Shown here in pieces: positions 47,501-56,563 of a stretch of DNA of 64,000 nucleotides; positions within the stretch are counted from its first letter, which is position 1; every line of letters starts with the position of its first letter. A model generated the notes under the pieces. The model did no database searches. It saw only the letters and a list, made by a program, of their open reading frames with translations, and was not told where the DNA came from. Position numbers and translations under genes: made by a program. The stretch covers positions 1-64,000 of the forward strand of contig CALBRH010000065.1 in NCBI GenBank assembly GCA_937899865.1. Direction: 5' to 3'. The stretch is from an uncultured euryarchaeote. Its GTDB lineage: Archaea > Thermoplasmatota > Poseidoniia > Poseidoniales > Poseidoniaceae.

Positions 47501-50500
47501 AAGTGTTAAATTTGAGTTATTATTTGTTGAACCACGATATATATCATAATTCAGTTGATAATACCGGTCTGAGCATTTATGCTGAAATTGAATCAACAAT
47601 AGCTGGCGAATTACAGATTTATGGCAATAATGAGATAGTTGCAGAATATTCCGATACTGCGATAATCCATAACATAATGACAAATGAACAGTGTCAAAAT
47701 AGTCAACTAAGTTCCAATTTAATCGGAATCAATGTTGGAATTGCATCTTGCACATTATCACTTCACTCAACCACAGAAATCGATTTGAAAATTAATAATT
47801 TCAAGGCTATTTCCTCAGTTAGTGAAATCCTAATCGACTTAGATCCTTACTATATTAATTCAATAAAACACCAAGTTGAGAACAATACAAATGAAGATGT
47901 AATTAATTTACCAGTTTTGATTAAAACAGATTATGGATCTACCACGACAAATCTTGCTTACAAATCTTATCAACATCAAATTGACCGAGTAGAAAATATT
48001 GACCAAATTCAGTGGTTACCTGGTCAAGAATTAACCATTCAAACCTCACACGTACGGTTTAATCCAATTACCATGAGTGAAAACGGATTTGAATTTGATA
48101 GTGTAGAGTTGATTGCTTCAATAGATTCAACAATTACCGGAGCACAATTTGTTATTGAAGTCTCCAATCTATATTCAAATACAGTCTCATTTAATACCAA
48201 AATCGGTGCAAATAAAATTATACTGAATCAAGCAAAATCAAATGTCAACTGTAATGAGGGATATTGTATAATCAATTGGACATTACAGAGCACCTGGCAT
48301 CTTGATGATGTCGATGATGTTGTTTGGATGGTTATTGCTAGAGATTCTGATGGTTTACAAACCGGTCCAGCAACTATGATTAGAGAAACACAGTTCAATG
48401 AAATTGAAAACGACTTAGAAGTGTTTGAGTTATCAGTATTTGATTTGTCAAATAATCAAATTAACGATTGGACCAATCCAAATTGGCCTTATCGATTATC
48501 CGAACAAAATACCCTATTGGTAGATGGTTCAGTAAGATTTGAAGGAATAACTAATTCGCAAATCAATCAAGGTGATGCGGAAATAGAAATTAGATTAACT
48601 GCAATTCCACCAATAAATAACTCAGGGGGTCCAAATGAGTGGTCTAATGAAGAGGTCAATTGGACTATGTCATGGTTCACGGAAGTAGGCCACCAAGGGC
48701 TATTCTCAAGTGAAATTGAAACTCCTGATGTTGGTTCTGTACCATCCAATACTACAATTGAATTATCAGTACATATTTCGAGAGTTGGTCCAAATATGTC
48801 ATCCAATGAATTCGCAATTGACCAAACATCTTCCAATATGAAAACCCGCTTCATCTACGATTTTTCCAGCCCTCATGTTGCTTCTATCAGTATTTATGAC
48901 CCATCGGGACTAACTCCGGCAGATGGACATATTTGGACATTGAATCAAGATATTCCGCTTCAAGTAATAATCGAAGATGTTGAAGGACTTAGTACTGAAT
49001 TAATAGTCTATACTTGGGCTGAATATGCCGATGATGCCAATGGTGATACAGTGATGGACTTAGAGGAATATCGAACAACGACTGTATCGGTTAACTATGC
49101 CTCAAATGTCGCAGTATTAGACATACCAGCAATCTCTTGGCAGGAAATAAAAGGGCCTTTTGAATCAGGCAGATTAAGCATTGTTCTTGCCATAGATGAT
49201 TTAGCGGGTAATGAATTACTTAATGGTGGAGATTTTGGTGAACAAAATGATGCTGCAACGATTATTGTTCAGGATCAACTTCAGACACTGATGGATTCAT
49301 CAGCCCTATCATTAGATTTAGTAAATGACAATTTGTTGCCATCCCATCAACATACATTCATTTATTCATTGACAGATTATAATGGAATTGAATCACTTGA
49401 TAAAATCAGTATAGCGTTGGTAGGAAGAGATTCACCTGGCCAATGTAATATCGATTATTATCCAAGATTCAACTCGGTAGATTATGATGCAAATTGCTTC
49501 TCTAGCCAGCCAATTGTAGAGGTTTCAAAGGTGTCGGGCATGCAAAAATGGTTTGTTGAGACTAAATTTATCATCAGTTGGTCAGCTGTTTATTCAAATT
49601 CAGAACTATCAGGGATTCCATCTCTAAAAATCTTTGATGATGGTCAAGACTTACAACTCGGAACATCATTTATCAGAGGTTTGTCTTGGAATATAAACGA
49701 TGTAATTTCTGTTGATGACATCGAATTTAGCGACACTATTAGTCCAATAGGAGTGTCGACAAATGCTGAAATTTGGGCCAATCCAAATGACATAATCATT
49801 GCATCTAGTACTCTAATTTACAATGACACCAATGTGGCGCTAAGTAGTCTTTCAAAATATGACCAAATCGGTTGTAAAGTCAATTCTGAAGTCCAACCAA
49901 CCGATTCGATTCAATTTTTTGATGGGAAATTAATGTGCCAGTACATGATTCCAAGCAATTCCAACATCGACATTTATGATATTGAATTGTGGGCTTTATC
50001 TAGTAATGGACAACAAAATAATACTCAAACTGGAATCATTTTTGTCGATAAAGAAAGCCCAGTATTGGCCTTGGAGTTAAAGGATTTATTACGTTTAAAT
50101 TCTAACCAATTAAGCAATGTTTTGTTTGAAGGAGTTGTAAAGGAATCATCAACTGTTATCGAACAGCAACTGATAGTTAACTGGAATATACTAAGGAATG
50201 ATGTTGTTATCAATGATAGCCCATTTACTCACAATATATCTATTATTCAAAACAATGATGATGGATATGAATTTGCTGATCTTGTCAATTTAAACAATAC
50301 TGAGGATTACATACTTTCTGAAGGTGATGAACTCATCATTTGGCTTTCATTTGCCGATAACTCAGGTCAAGAATTAATTGGCTTCGCAACAGAAAGTGAA
50401 CCATTAATGCCACGAATTACATGGTTTGACTTTGACCCGATGATCAGTTTAATCGAGTTGAAAAGCGAAAATCCAGTCAATGGAGAATCATTGATTATTG

Positions 50501-50934
50501 TTACTAGAATATTGAATGCTGGCTTAGAATCTGGCAATGTTACCATCATCTTATCAGATAACTCAGGGAAGTTTTTGGATAGTCAAGAAATACAACTCGA
50601 TGGCGGTAAATGGCAATTGGTGGAGTGGGAGATAGAAGCCTGGACTACCGGTGATATTGAAATTACAGTTTCATTAGAAAATTACTCAGAATCACAATTA
50701 CTGTTGATTGAGGATGTTGAAGAATTTGAATCGAAACAGCAGGACTTGATGGGAACCATAGGACTAGTAATTGTTTTCTTGATTGTAGTAGTTGGAGGAT
50801 TTTCCTATGCTTACCTTCAAAGGTCAAAAGAATTGGAGCAGTATACAAAACATCATCTCGCTCAAATAGCAATTAAGAAGCGAGAAAGACAGCGAAATAT
50901 GCAAGAATCTACTGACCCTTCTCAAGAGGAATAG
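44578..50934 (+). CDS. Giant (2118 aa) surface protein with tandem jelly-roll (immune inhibitor A/MAM/cleaved-adhesin-like) modules, CARDB-like domain and C-terminal TM
   Basis: Signal anchor; repeated SP.I...L.F..W ... GW(F/Y)(I/L)D(E/D) modules; TM IGLVIVFLIVVVGGFSYAYL. Confidence 0.8.
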   Translation: MASQLASQNRRVGGIISILLVALMIGTPLANFVSGNSQAWSPNEENSWDSEVSFSPNGNLTYVNETNSDMFQVPANHTITEANLSLSSFWNPVTYQNSTFGSNQSLQWNGTLIDTEIKTNNQHLTLEKVNTANNVDDFEIVSTVPSGGWLTNGIDGEVWTIVQNNTTLTSSSNMNLPISGFENTSFLSTTGKGDLQSDVDACIRSPIIDLPRVINNYSLTFQHWLALDTTDTISLKFLDENNIWTELPFSSTIAINGNSDKWQSVNISLDNHFSQYLTTTYLQFCIQTSQLPSLRGGWFIDELSLFNEGDQKGAWFHGNFSGNYLPNAVSEFIIPANLSSFPYLDELEINANWDIQGYLHDYLVVEFSFDNGSSWNVISGNYGIPGLGVWHNGNLYYAESRGWVPIYLPIVHNFTNSGGLNHTLFKFTVYTNAGINYGGSSSSGWEGIAIDQLVFHHNRGSSQSQKYVFKDFNSAPLLGFNSPDGWLRTKSLTPNEWQWTQDMGLSAQQFQVFSFNDYDELPSGWAISSNDNNKWQYGQIPSTAIYGPNHWNSGQYGLGIALQGKYTNEMYTHLISPEYSIPSSASSRLSFNSWVCTEANWDGGAISASTDGGINWWYLPPQIGTFHDQISTANTNSPFYGEGIFDGSNIANGCRNSSLPFQLKQYDISNLSGQEVRFRYSFFSDQLIELDGWYLDDVGIEIDLFKQSGTWLSQPIYPDSNFGWAKIDGLVKEPTGTEVLFDIIDTSSGELIDGYANLTLPIELLFNPSEINSIQVKAKLSSNNQFVTPSIEKIEMGVASYFDWYHVKHGQPELFNNQLLFVDENSELTANSQLEVAFNTNPVCPSIDTTITSIGANISYQSAYFTFDYDYQGSNSIVSEFQNSFSVPTLSDNVTISLDRNSNLLNFHYMPQCVLPSKNISVGLIDETNMIYSDPMITGLNTIFATESFSTVTADDIVYLPDNHGNYILTLQPNQVLNLSYYLLNHDIYHNSVDNTGLSIYAEIESTIAGELQIYGNNEIVAEYSDTAIIHNIMTNEQCQNSQLSSNLIGINVGIASCTLSLHSTTEIDLKINNFKAISSVSEILIDLDPYYINSIKHQVENNTNEDVINLPVLIKTDYGSTTTNLAYKSYQHQIDRVENIDQIQWLPGQELTIQTSHVRFNPITMSENGFEFDSVELIASIDSTITGAQFVIEVSNLYSNTVSFNTKIGANKIILNQAKSNVNCNEGYCIINWTLQSTWHLDDVDDVVWMVIARDSDGLQTGPATMIRETQFNEIENDLEVFELSVFDLSNNQINDWTNPNWPYRLSEQNTLLVDGSVRFEGITNSQINQGDAEIEIRLTAIPPINNSGGPNEWSNEEVNWTMSWFTEVGHQGLFSSEIETPDVGSVPSNTTIELSVHISRVGPNMSSNEFAIDQTSSNMKTRFIYDFSSPHVASISIYDPSGLTPADGHIWTLNQDIPLQVIIEDVEGLSTELIVYTWAEYADDANGDTVMDLEEYRTTTVSVNYASNVAVLDIPAISWQEIKGPFESGRLSIVLAIDDLAGNELLNGGDFGEQNDAATIIVQDQLQTLMDSSALSLDLVNDNLLPSHQHTFIYSLTDYNGIESLDKISIALVGRDSPGQCNIDYYPRFNSVDYDANCFSSQPIVEVSKVSGMQKWFVETKFIISWSAVYSNSELSGIPSLKIFDDGQDLQLGTSFIRGLSWNINDVISVDDIEFSDTISPIGVSTNAEIWANPNDIIIASSTLIYNDTNVALSSLSKYDQIGCKVNSEVQPTDSIQFFDGKLMCQYMIPSNSNIDIYDIELWALSSNGQQNNTQTGIIFVDKESPVLALELKDLLRLNSNQLSNVLFEGVVKESSTVIEQQLIVNWNILRNDVVINDSPFTHNISIIQNNDDGYEFADLVNLNNTEDYILSEGDELIIWLSFADNSGQELIGFATESEPLMPRITWFDFDPMISLIELKSENPVNGESLIIVTRILNAGLESGNVTIILSDNSGKFLDSQEIQLDGGKWQLVEWEIEAWTTGDIEITVSLENYSESQLLLIEDVEEFESKQQDLMGTIGLVIVFLIVVVGGFSYAYLQRSKELEQYTKHHLAQIAIKKRERQRNMQESTDPSQEE

Positions 50935-50966
50935 TCAAGAATGAAATGTTCCACCGTCTGCATACT

Positions 50967-51051
50967 GGCGAGGTTCCCGAGCGGTCAAAGGGGGTGGACT
51001 CAAGATCCTCTGCGTAAAGCTTCGCAGGTTCGAATCCTGCCCTCGCCACCA
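50967..51051 (+). tRNA. tRNA-Leu (anticodon CAA), intronless, CCA encoded
   Basis: Acceptor GGCGAGG/CCTCGCC-A-CCA, D-arm CCC/GGG, anticodon loop CTCAAGA, long variable arm, T-arm GCAGG-TTCGAAT-CCTGC. Confidence 0.95.
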
Positions 51052-51055
51052 CTCA

Positions 51056-51955
51056 TCAACTATTGTTATGATTACTCTTTGTCGGTCTAAATTGTACAAT
51101 TAACGACAACCAACCAATTATGATTATCCAACTTAACCAATTATATCCATTGAACCGCGTAACAGTCCACAATCCAAGATAAAATAATGCTATACTACTA
51201 GCAAGTCCAACGGCAAATATGGGAGCAATTTTAGGCTTAGGATGTAAGAAACTGTAAACAAAATATCCACCGCTAAAATATGCTAATTGATAGGCGAATG
51301 AAATATAGAGAACACCAAATAATAATCCAAAAATAGCAAAATCAGGTTGTAGATCTGGTTGAACAATTAACATTTCAAAGGCGAAGAAGATTGCAGCAAA
51401 GTTATGCATGATTTGTTCATGGAAAAGAAACATATGTCCATGTTCACGTCCGATTTTTACTTCATCTGGTAAAATTATGTATCTTACTACAGTTGCAGTC
51501 AGAAAAGACATTGAAATCCCAGCGACGAAAATAATCATTTGCCAAGAATATAACCATGATATAGCGTTAACTTTCAGCAATTCCATAGTTTGATTTATTA
51601 TAGCAATTAAGAAATATCCAAGGCACATTAACAATGTCCAAGAAGAAAAAGTGACGAACTTTTTGATACCTATTGGATTAAGAATAAATTCTTTGTTTTC
51701 ATCTAAGGTAACTACTCGCATATTCCCTGGTCCACAAGTAAACATGTACCTTATTGCATAAACACATACAGAAAAAAATGCTAGACGATAGATCAAAACG
51801 ATTGAAGAAGAACTAGAGAAACTCTCCGATTTTTCTGAAATAATTTGCCCGATATTTGAAAACAAAAAATATAGTATTATTATGAATGAAATACTCACAA
51901 TTGTAGCGATGGTGATTTTGGTATAGTCTCCACCGTTAATGTTGTTTTGTTGCAT
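51056..51955 (-). CDS. AT-rich integral membrane protein
   Basis: About 8 hydrophobic segments. Weak resemblance to Pr6Pr/AIG1-like proteins (FVTFSSWT, QIMHN), not confirmed. Confidence 0.65.
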   Translation of the reverse strand: MQQNNINGGDYTKITIATIVSISFIIILYFLFSNIGQIISEKSESFSSSSSIVLIYRLAFFSVCVYAIRYMFTCGPGNMRVVTLDENKEFILNPIGIKKFVTFSSWTLLMCLGYFLIAIINQTMELLKVNAISWLYSWQMIIFVAGISMSFLTATVVRYIILPDEVKIGREHGHMFLFHEQIMHNFAAIFFAFEMLIVQPDLQPDFAIFGLLFGVLYISFAYQLAYFSGGYFVYSFLHPKPKIAPIFAVGLASSIALFYLGLWTVTRFNGYNWLSWIIIIGWLSLIVQFRPTKSNHNNS

Positions 51956-52013
51956 GATTTTTCCCCTAATTAATAGTGCTAAGAAAGTTCGTTTAATTTA
52001 CGATTCGAGTTGT

Positions 52014-52727
52014 TCAATCCAATATGGCATCCACCAGTGGTTTTATTGTTTCACCATGAGGGAATGGGGATGCGACATCAGCGGCCTGAGTGACGTAAGC
52101 AAACGCACCTCCAACTGCAACTGACCATTTAGCAATCTCAAACATCGAAAGGTCGTTCGGGGCATCACCAACGCATAGTAAATCATCCGGAGTTAGTCCC
52201 ATTTTGTTTAGAATAATTTTCAGACCAGAGCCTTTTGACAACTGCGGCTCCATCAAATGAATAGCAAAACCAGTACGTATGATAGATAGATGCGACCACT
52301 CACTTTCTTTGATCAATTGAGTAATTCTTTCCAAATCTTCATCTGGATTTAGGCACCACTCGCTTTCTCGCCATTGATTTGTTTCGATACCTTCCCATTT
52401 CAATCCATCAATTTTAGTTGCCAGCCATTGTGCAGCAGCTTTTGCTTCACTGCCATCAGCTCGATAATTGGTTTCACCCCAGTCGGGATGCCACAAAACA
52501 CCACCATTTTCACAACAAATTGGCCCACTTAGGTTCAAAAATCGCCATAATCCGTAGGTAATTGCTCTTACATTACCAGTTGCCAAAATCACTGGTATTC
52601 CAGCAGCTTCAAGTCTTTGTAATGCATCTATGACAGAGGGTTCAATCAACTTGTTCTCATTGGTTAGCGTGCCATCAATATCGACTGCAACTACTTTTGG
52701 CTTCCAGTTGTCGGGAAGCCACATCAT
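52014..52727 (-). CDS. Archaeal phosphoglycolate phosphatase (HAD, Cof/SPP subfamily)
   Basis: DIDGTLT, LATGN, CENGG, SKGSGL, VGDAPNDLSMF. Confidence 0.9.
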   Translation of the reverse strand: MMWLPDNWKPKVVAVDIDGTLTNENKLIEPSVIDALQRLEAAGIPVILATGNVRAITYGLWRFLNLSGPICCENGGVLWHPDWGETNYRADGSEAKAAAQWLATKIDGLKWEGIETNQWRESEWCLNPDEDLERITQLIKESEWSHLSIIRTGFAIHLMEPQLSKGSGLKIILNKMGLTPDDLLCVGDAPNDLSMFEIAKWSVAVGGAFAYVTQAADVASPFPHGETIKPLVDAILD

Positions 52728-52821
52728 AATTAGGCCTAAGAGAATTGTTTCATCAATTTTCGCATTGTTAAAGGTTAGAATGTGGGAGATAATTCATCAA
52801 CATTAACCACTACCATAGAGT

Positions 52822-55563
52822 ATGGCGGGCAAGGATGAAGAAGAATCCTTCTTGTCTTTAGAAGATGAAGAGCCTAAATCCAAAAAGCCAAAAAAGGCTA
52901 AAAAACCAAAACCAAAGCAACAATCGAAACCTAAAGCACAAACAAAACAGCCCGAAATTATTGATGCTGAGATCGTTGATAATACAGTAATTGAACAGGC
53001 CGGTGGCAAGTATGAAGTTGAATGGCCATTAATTGGTATGGATTGCCCAGATTGTGCATCTAAAGCAATGCGCGGCCTCTCTCATCTAAAGCAGGTTGTT
53101 GAGCCAGAAATTTCTGCGACAGCGGGTGAGATAAAACTCACAGTAGATTTAGATCAAGGCCTACTTTCTCAAGTCTCAACAGTAATGAAATCTCTTGGGC
53201 ATCCGCCAAATGTCCCGCTAAATTTGTTATCATCAACCAATGCAGAGGTGGTTGCTAAGCGGAATAGCATTTTGAAGAAAGATGTCAAAAAACTGTTCAT
53301 GCGTCAACCAGGTATTCTTGACGTTGAGATAAGTAAAGATGATGAAATTTTACTTCAATTAGTACCAGCCCCAAGAAAAGAATTACGGGAACTTAGAAAC
53401 CGTTCACTTTCACAAGTAATTGGCTTTGAGCCAAAATTTGTTGAGGCTTCAACCAGCCGACTTCGTCCTGACCAATGGCGTTTGTTTGGAGGAACTATCG
53501 CAATACCAATTTTATTGATTATTTTCCTTGGAGATTTACTTGGATGGTCTCCTATAATATTAGGGCTAATTGGCGCTTACGGTGTTATGATTGGTGGATT
53601 ACAAATGTTCCATGAGGCTGTTGCGAGTTTGTTGTCTAAACAAATGGGATTCCAAGTACTTACTAGTATTGCAGTGATTGGTGCATCGATACTTGGAATG
53701 TGGGAAGAAGCACTAATGGTGGTAATTTTGGTAGCAATCGCTGGACATTTAGAGACTAGCGCGTTGGAAAATGCTCGTGAGTTAATGCAAGGTGGACTTG
53801 ATAGAATCCCTAGAACTGCGAGAAAGGTTTTGAATCCATCAATAAAATTATCTCAAACCGAACAATTTACCACATTCTCATTTCAACCGGTTTCAACAAC
53901 ACTTCAACCATTGGAAGCGCCACAAATAAATAATGATAAATCAGTTGAAGAGCATGAGATAATATCATTAGATTTAGTAAATATTGGAGATATTTTGGAA
54001 GTACGAAGTGGTGAATTAATTCCAGCAGATGGAATTATTGTTGATGGTTTTGGAGCCTTAGACAAAGCACCTTTGACCGGGGAATCCGCTCCAGTAGAAG
54101 TTGAGAAAGGAGATGAGCTAAATGCTGGCTTAGTCCTATCGCGTGGCCCTGTATTGATTGAAGTAACCGCGGTTGGAGAAGATTCGCGTTTATCTGGTTT
54201 GATTGATGCGATTCATAGTTTCAAAGAACAAAAAGCACCAATTCAAAATCAAATCGAAAAGTTCACAGCCATTTGGGTGCCAATTGTATTATTTGGTGCA
54301 TTAGTGGTTTGGTACTTCTTTTTCCCAACAAATAATTGGAAGATAATTCTACTACTTTGGGTAGTTGCTTGCCCATGCGCACTATTACTTGCTGCTGCGA
54401 TGCCACACGCTGCTGCTCTAAGTAGAGCGTCAAGAATGGGCGCCATAGTAAGGGGCGGAAATATTCTTGAAAGACTCTCTAAAGTCAATCATGTTCTGCT
54501 TGATAAAACAGGTACTTTGACCTCAGGAAAACCAACGATTGGCTCAATTATAATCGCTAAAGGGCGTCAAAGAAAATCGTCTTTAGCTTTGGCAGGAGGC
54601 TTGGAAAAGCGTTCATCACACCCTTATGCTATTGCCGTTCTAGAATATTTGAAGAGTGAATCAATCAAACCTACTTCGGTCGCTGGAATCACAGATATTG
54701 AAGCAGGAGTCAAAGGGTTTGCTAGCGGAAACGAGGTGTCATTTATTCGTGCTGACATGGCTAGTAAGCACAAAATAACGGTGCCAGATGATCTTGTTGA
54801 TGCAATTAAACAAGCTAAACAAGAAGGTCTTGGAGCAAGCGTATTAACCAAGGATTCATCTGCAATCGCGTTGTTTACCTTCGTTCATGATGATACAAGA
54901 GAGGGAAGTAAAGAATTGATTCACAGCCTTATTGCTCGAGGAATTAGTGTTGAAATAATATCTGGCGATCAACAATCATCGGTTACTGCTTTTGCCAATA
55001 GTGTCGGCCTACCAGAATCTTCTGCTCTTGGTGAATTATCGCCAGAAGACAAAGTTAGATGGGTTGAGGACCGTTCAAAAAGCCATGTCACAATGATGGT
55101 AGGAGACGGTTTCAACGATTCTGCAGCTTTAGCAGTGGCTGATATTGGTATTGCAGTTGGAACCGGAGAATCGGTAAATTTGGAGGCTGCAGACATAATG
55201 TTCCCTGGTGATGAGCCAAAGATGTTAGTTGACTTATACGATCTATCGGTAAAAATGAACCGAGCACTAATCGGTAACATCCTCATGTCTGTTTCTATTA
55301 CCATGATTCTAGTGGTTTCAGTTATCAATCAGTTTTACGATCAACTTTGGGTCGGCGTACTAATACATGAGGGGTCAGTTCTATTGGTTATTCTAAATGG
55401 GGCAAGACTTTCTGGTAAAGGAAATATGTTTTCTATGCTGTATCTAACAATGAAGAATTTATGGTTTGATATTGTTCAATTGTTTAAACAATTAAGAGAA
55501 CATTACTTTGGCGGCGATTCATCAAATCTTATTTTGCCAAACCAAAATCACGCGACATCTTAA
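52822..55563 (+). CDS. Heavy-metal P1B-type ATPase
   Basis: HMA GMDCPDC, LTGES, CPC, DKTGTLT, SSHP, MVGDGFND, HEGS in the last TM. Confidence 0.93.
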   Translation: MAGKDEEESFLSLEDEEPKSKKPKKAKKPKPKQQSKPKAQTKQPEIIDAEIVDNTVIEQAGGKYEVEWPLIGMDCPDCASKAMRGLSHLKQVVEPEISATAGEIKLTVDLDQGLLSQVSTVMKSLGHPPNVPLNLLSSTNAEVVAKRNSILKKDVKKLFMRQPGILDVEISKDDEILLQLVPAPRKELRELRNRSLSQVIGFEPKFVEASTSRLRPDQWRLFGGTIAIPILLIIFLGDLLGWSPIILGLIGAYGVMIGGLQMFHEAVASLLSKQMGFQVLTSIAVIGASILGMWEEALMVVILVAIAGHLETSALENARELMQGGLDRIPRTARKVLNPSIKLSQTEQFTTFSFQPVSTTLQPLEAPQINNDKSVEEHEIISLDLVNIGDILEVRSGELIPADGIIVDGFGALDKAPLTGESAPVEVEKGDELNAGLVLSRGPVLIEVTAVGEDSRLSGLIDAIHSFKEQKAPIQNQIEKFTAIWVPIVLFGALVVWYFFFPTNNWKIILLLWVVACPCALLLAAAMPHAAALSRASRMGAIVRGGNILERLSKVNHVLLDKTGTLTSGKPTIGSIIIAKGRQRKSSLALAGGLEKRSSHPYAIAVLEYLKSESIKPTSVAGITDIEAGVKGFASGNEVSFIRADMASKHKITVPDDLVDAIKQAKQEGLGASVLTKDSSAIALFTFVHDDTREGSKELIHSLIARGISVEIISGDQQSSVTAFANSVGLPESSALGELSPEDKVRWVEDRSKSHVTMMVGDGFNDSAALAVADIGIAVGTGESVNLEAADIMFPGDEPKMLVDLYDLSVKMNRALIGNILMSVSITMILVVSVINQFYDQLWVGVLIHEGSVLLVILNGARLSGKGNMFSMLYLTMKNLWFDIVQLFKQLREHYFGGDSSNLILPNQNHATS

Positions 55564-55597
55564 ACCATAGTAGCACTTCTACCATTTAGGTGCGAGG

Positions 55598-56068
55598 ATG
55601 AGTCGAGTAAGAGCAGACCCGATTACCGCCGCTCTCGCACACCCTACTCGACGAAGTTTGTACATTTCTTTGAGCAACACACCAGAGATGAGTACTGTAC
55701 AGTTACAGAACATAGTAGAAGTTGATAGGTATAATCTCTATCACCATCTAAAGAAACTGACATCATTAGGTTTAATCGAGAATCATCGTGATGAAGGTAG
55801 AGCTCGCTGGTGGAAAATTGCTCAAACAGTAGACTTACCAGAAATTTTGTCAATCTCAACAACCAATTCTACTCCTGCTCCGATTACAACTCAAGTAGCG
55901 CCTTTAGATTTGGATGGACAAAACGCACATGTCATTTCGCTTGAAGGCTCAAGAGATCGAGTTGGAGCAAAGTTACTGTTAGAAAAAATAGCACAAGAAC
56001 TTGGAATCGAACTAAATTTACCATGGAATTTTGTTCCTGAAAAAATAGCCTTAATTAGCGAAGATTAG
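55598..56068 (+). CDS. ArsR-family winged-helix regulator
   Basis: ALAHPTRRSLY...NLYHHLKKLTSLGLIE. Confidence 0.82.
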   Translation: MSRVRADPITAALAHPTRRSLYISLSNTPEMSTVQLQNIVEVDRYNLYHHLKKLTSLGLIENHRDEGRARWWKIAQTVDLPEILSISTTNSTPAPITTQVAPLDLDGQNAHVISLEGSRDRVGAKLLLEKIAQELGIELNLPWNFVPEKIALISED

Positions 56069-56076
56069 GTGAGATA

Positions 56077-56469
56077 ATGACAGAAGAATTATTTGTTGAA
56101 TCTAGGATTTCTCCTCCAGCTTTGTCTTGCCCAAAATGTGATGAGATGTTGCCACTTGAACTCGGTGAAGTTCAATGTGAAATGTGTTCTGCACGAGTTA
56201 AAATTGAACATCAAGGTACTAGAAATAAATGGCTCGAAGAGAAGGTAAGTTGTCCTGGATGCGATAAAGTGCTAATTGTTGGAGTTGATTCAAGGCCGGC
56301 TAATTTACAATGTGCATCTTGTGATTGTCAGTTTATTGTTAAACCTAATATTCCTAAAATTGAAATTGAATGCCCTGCTTGTGAGCGCCGATTAAGGATG
56401 AAGAAAAAGCCAGGTAGGCGAGAGATAGACTGTCCTGCTTGCGACAAGAAATTTTTCATAAAATTTTAG
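56077..56469 (+). CDS. Triple zinc-ribbon protein
   Basis: Six CxxC pairs (CPKC, CEMC, CPGC, CASC, CPAC, CPAC), with an AGGTGA RBS. Confidence 0.8.
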   Translation: MTEELFVESRISPPALSCPKCDEMLPLELGEVQCEMCSARVKIEHQGTRNKWLEEKVSCPGCDKVLIVGVDSRPANLQCASCDCQFIVKPNIPKIEIECPACERRLRMKKKPGRREIDCPACDKKFFIKF

Positions 56470-56563
56470 TCAATTCTTACAATTTTGGTGTTGGAAAAAT
56501 ACTGTCAAAATCGTTGTCTCATGAGCCAAAATCATCGCGCTCCTTATGTATGATTAGAAGCGG

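Noticed and set aside
50967-51051. tRNA-Leu as an att site with a duplicated 3' end
   Set aside because: I found no second copy of the T-arm/acceptor sequence by eye. The search was not exhaustive.
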